A DNA stretch of 61,853 nucleotides, counting the filler, from Hausera hauseri (taxonomy: Eukaryota), in the NCBI GenBank assembly GCA_046269625.1. It is 11 parts of 11 records of this genome, joined end to end, with 100 filler letters (N's around TTAATTAATTAA, not from the genome) between each part and the next. Parts side by side here need not be neighbours in the genome. Positions count along the whole stretch, not along the records: positions 52,330 to 61,853 come from JBJURY010349934.1; 10 more parts are not named here. The stretch is one strand, 5' to 3'. The position numbers and the translations under genes were made by a program. Below are positions 60,500 through 61,853 of the stretch, in pieces. The notes beneath the pieces are model-generated. The model saw only the letters and a list, made by a program, of their open reading frames with translations. It searched no databases and was not told the DNA's origin. How positions within the stretch are numbered: position 1 is the first letter of the stretch; every line of letters starts with the position of its first letter.

Positions 60500-61853
60500 T
60501 GATCATCAGAAGTCAATAGAAAGGTTTTCGATTCAGACGTCAGCAAAGATAGATGTTATAAAATAGTTTTAGAACACCCATCCGATGTAACAGTGGTCAC
60601 AAAATAAATTGTCTAAACGACCTGGTATGCTTGGATGTTGAAGATGAACTTTTAAATAGCAGTAATTTAAGTTAAATGTTTTCACGCTCAGACAGTCAGC
60701 TGTTTATAGTTAATTGACATGCTTTATTTTCCTGCTACCCCATAGCTCAGAGTCCTTTTCACAAAATTATATCAAGGTATACCTTCTGACATTACAAAAA
60801 TACACCAAATAATCTACATATGTTTCATTAGTCATTTTCATATTTGCTTTTTTGTCTTATTAAACCGGCTACGCAAATGGACGAGATTCCTTTTGTTAGC
60901 TGTATGATACAATTGGCCTCGGAAAGTCCTTTTGATCTTCATGTTGCTACAAACAATATTGAAAAGATGCTGCATCCATCGGGTGATATGATTCCTTGGA
61001 TTTTTATTCAACGATTCGACGATTATGATTTTACTAAACTATTGGATGCACGAAGTTTACGAATAACAGCTCATCAAAAATTTCAAAAACAGGCATATAG
61101 GCAAATAACTTTAATATTAATAGTCGAATTTTCCGAAAACAGTAAATCAGAATTAAAAATAGTTACCAAAAATGAAGGCAAACCACCTGACAAACAGTTA
61201 AAGAAGATGAATCTTTGAATGATCTATCTGATGGCATAAATATGTTTAAAGTTCCAATTTTACCTCCGTTATACAGCTATAGTCTCCAAAGTCAAAACTC
61301 CCAGAATATCTTCAATACGTTATTTTTGAGCATTCATTTAACCACATGTTATTTTTTGAGTTGTTTTCCAGACAAAATTCATTTATACAAGAGTTCATTT
61401 AAGTATAATAGGAAGTCCAAGTTAAAGATGTCACTAAAAATCCATTGGCGAAAAAATTTATGTAAACATGAGTTCCGTCCGATACGGAGTTGTTGGGTGG
61501 CGGTCTGGACTCGTGGCGTACCGGTTGTGGGGCCCGAGTGTCGCCTCGTTGGAAGTCTTGGTGCGCCCGCGTTCGTTATAGCGCTCTATACCCCAAGCCT
61601 ACTGACCAATTCCTTTACTATTTTCATCTTTTTAAATAGACATTCATACACCGGAAATCACAAAACATTAGGGCAACATATATACACTTCCATTCGCAAT
61701 GACGTCCATTTTTTTGGCTTTTCTCTATTTCTAAATGGACTCATTATTTGCCCCGACGATCTGCTATGTTCTTTTTAACCACATTCTTCATCTCTCTCGC
61801 TCCATCTAATTCCTAAACTTCGTGGTGGCTCTGACCCCAACTCTGAGGAGATA

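Larger units (their letters stand above)
58192..61853 (+). mobile_element. 5' region of a second, related dynein-carrying element, placed directly after the truncated RT
   Basis: Starts TGTGATGCC with a GC-rich head; 58578-61853 is a diverged direct repeat of 52330-55610. Confidence 0.75.

Noticed and set aside
1-61853. CRISPR arrays, rRNA, tRNA or prokaryotic operons
   Set aside because: No repeat-spacer periodicity or RNA-gene signatures seen; the only tRNA-related sequences are primer-binding sites.

Overview
The window is not one locus. It is 11 eukaryotic (probably invertebrate) contigs joined by ten identical 100-nt linkers (N44-TTAATTAATTAA-N44), plus one plain 100-N scaffold gap. Almost all of it is decayed mobile or viral DNA: (a) three pseudogenised protein-primed family-B DNA polymerases (Polinton/adintovirus/bidnavirus type); two of them (contigs 1 and 8) carry an N-terminal Cys/His module, and one is preceded by a RING gene. 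(b) Three copies of an unusual Ty3/Gypsy-type LTR retroelement. Its class III (chuvirus-G/herpes-gB-like) fusion glycoprotein sits between gag and protease-RT, apparently in one polyprotein: LTR-PBS(His)-Gag/CCHC-ubiquitin-like domain-AT-hook-Env-PR-RT-RH. (c) Several CsRn1-like Gypsy elements with a doubled CHCC finger and an A_AAA_AAC frameshift site; one subfamily carries an intronless fragment of an axonemal dynein heavy chain upstream of gag. (d) A near-intact I-clade LINE. (e) A decayed DDE transposase. (f) A 5.3-kb (TTCN)n satellite. All domain calls come from motifs read by eye; no searches were run, and boundaries of decayed features are approximate.
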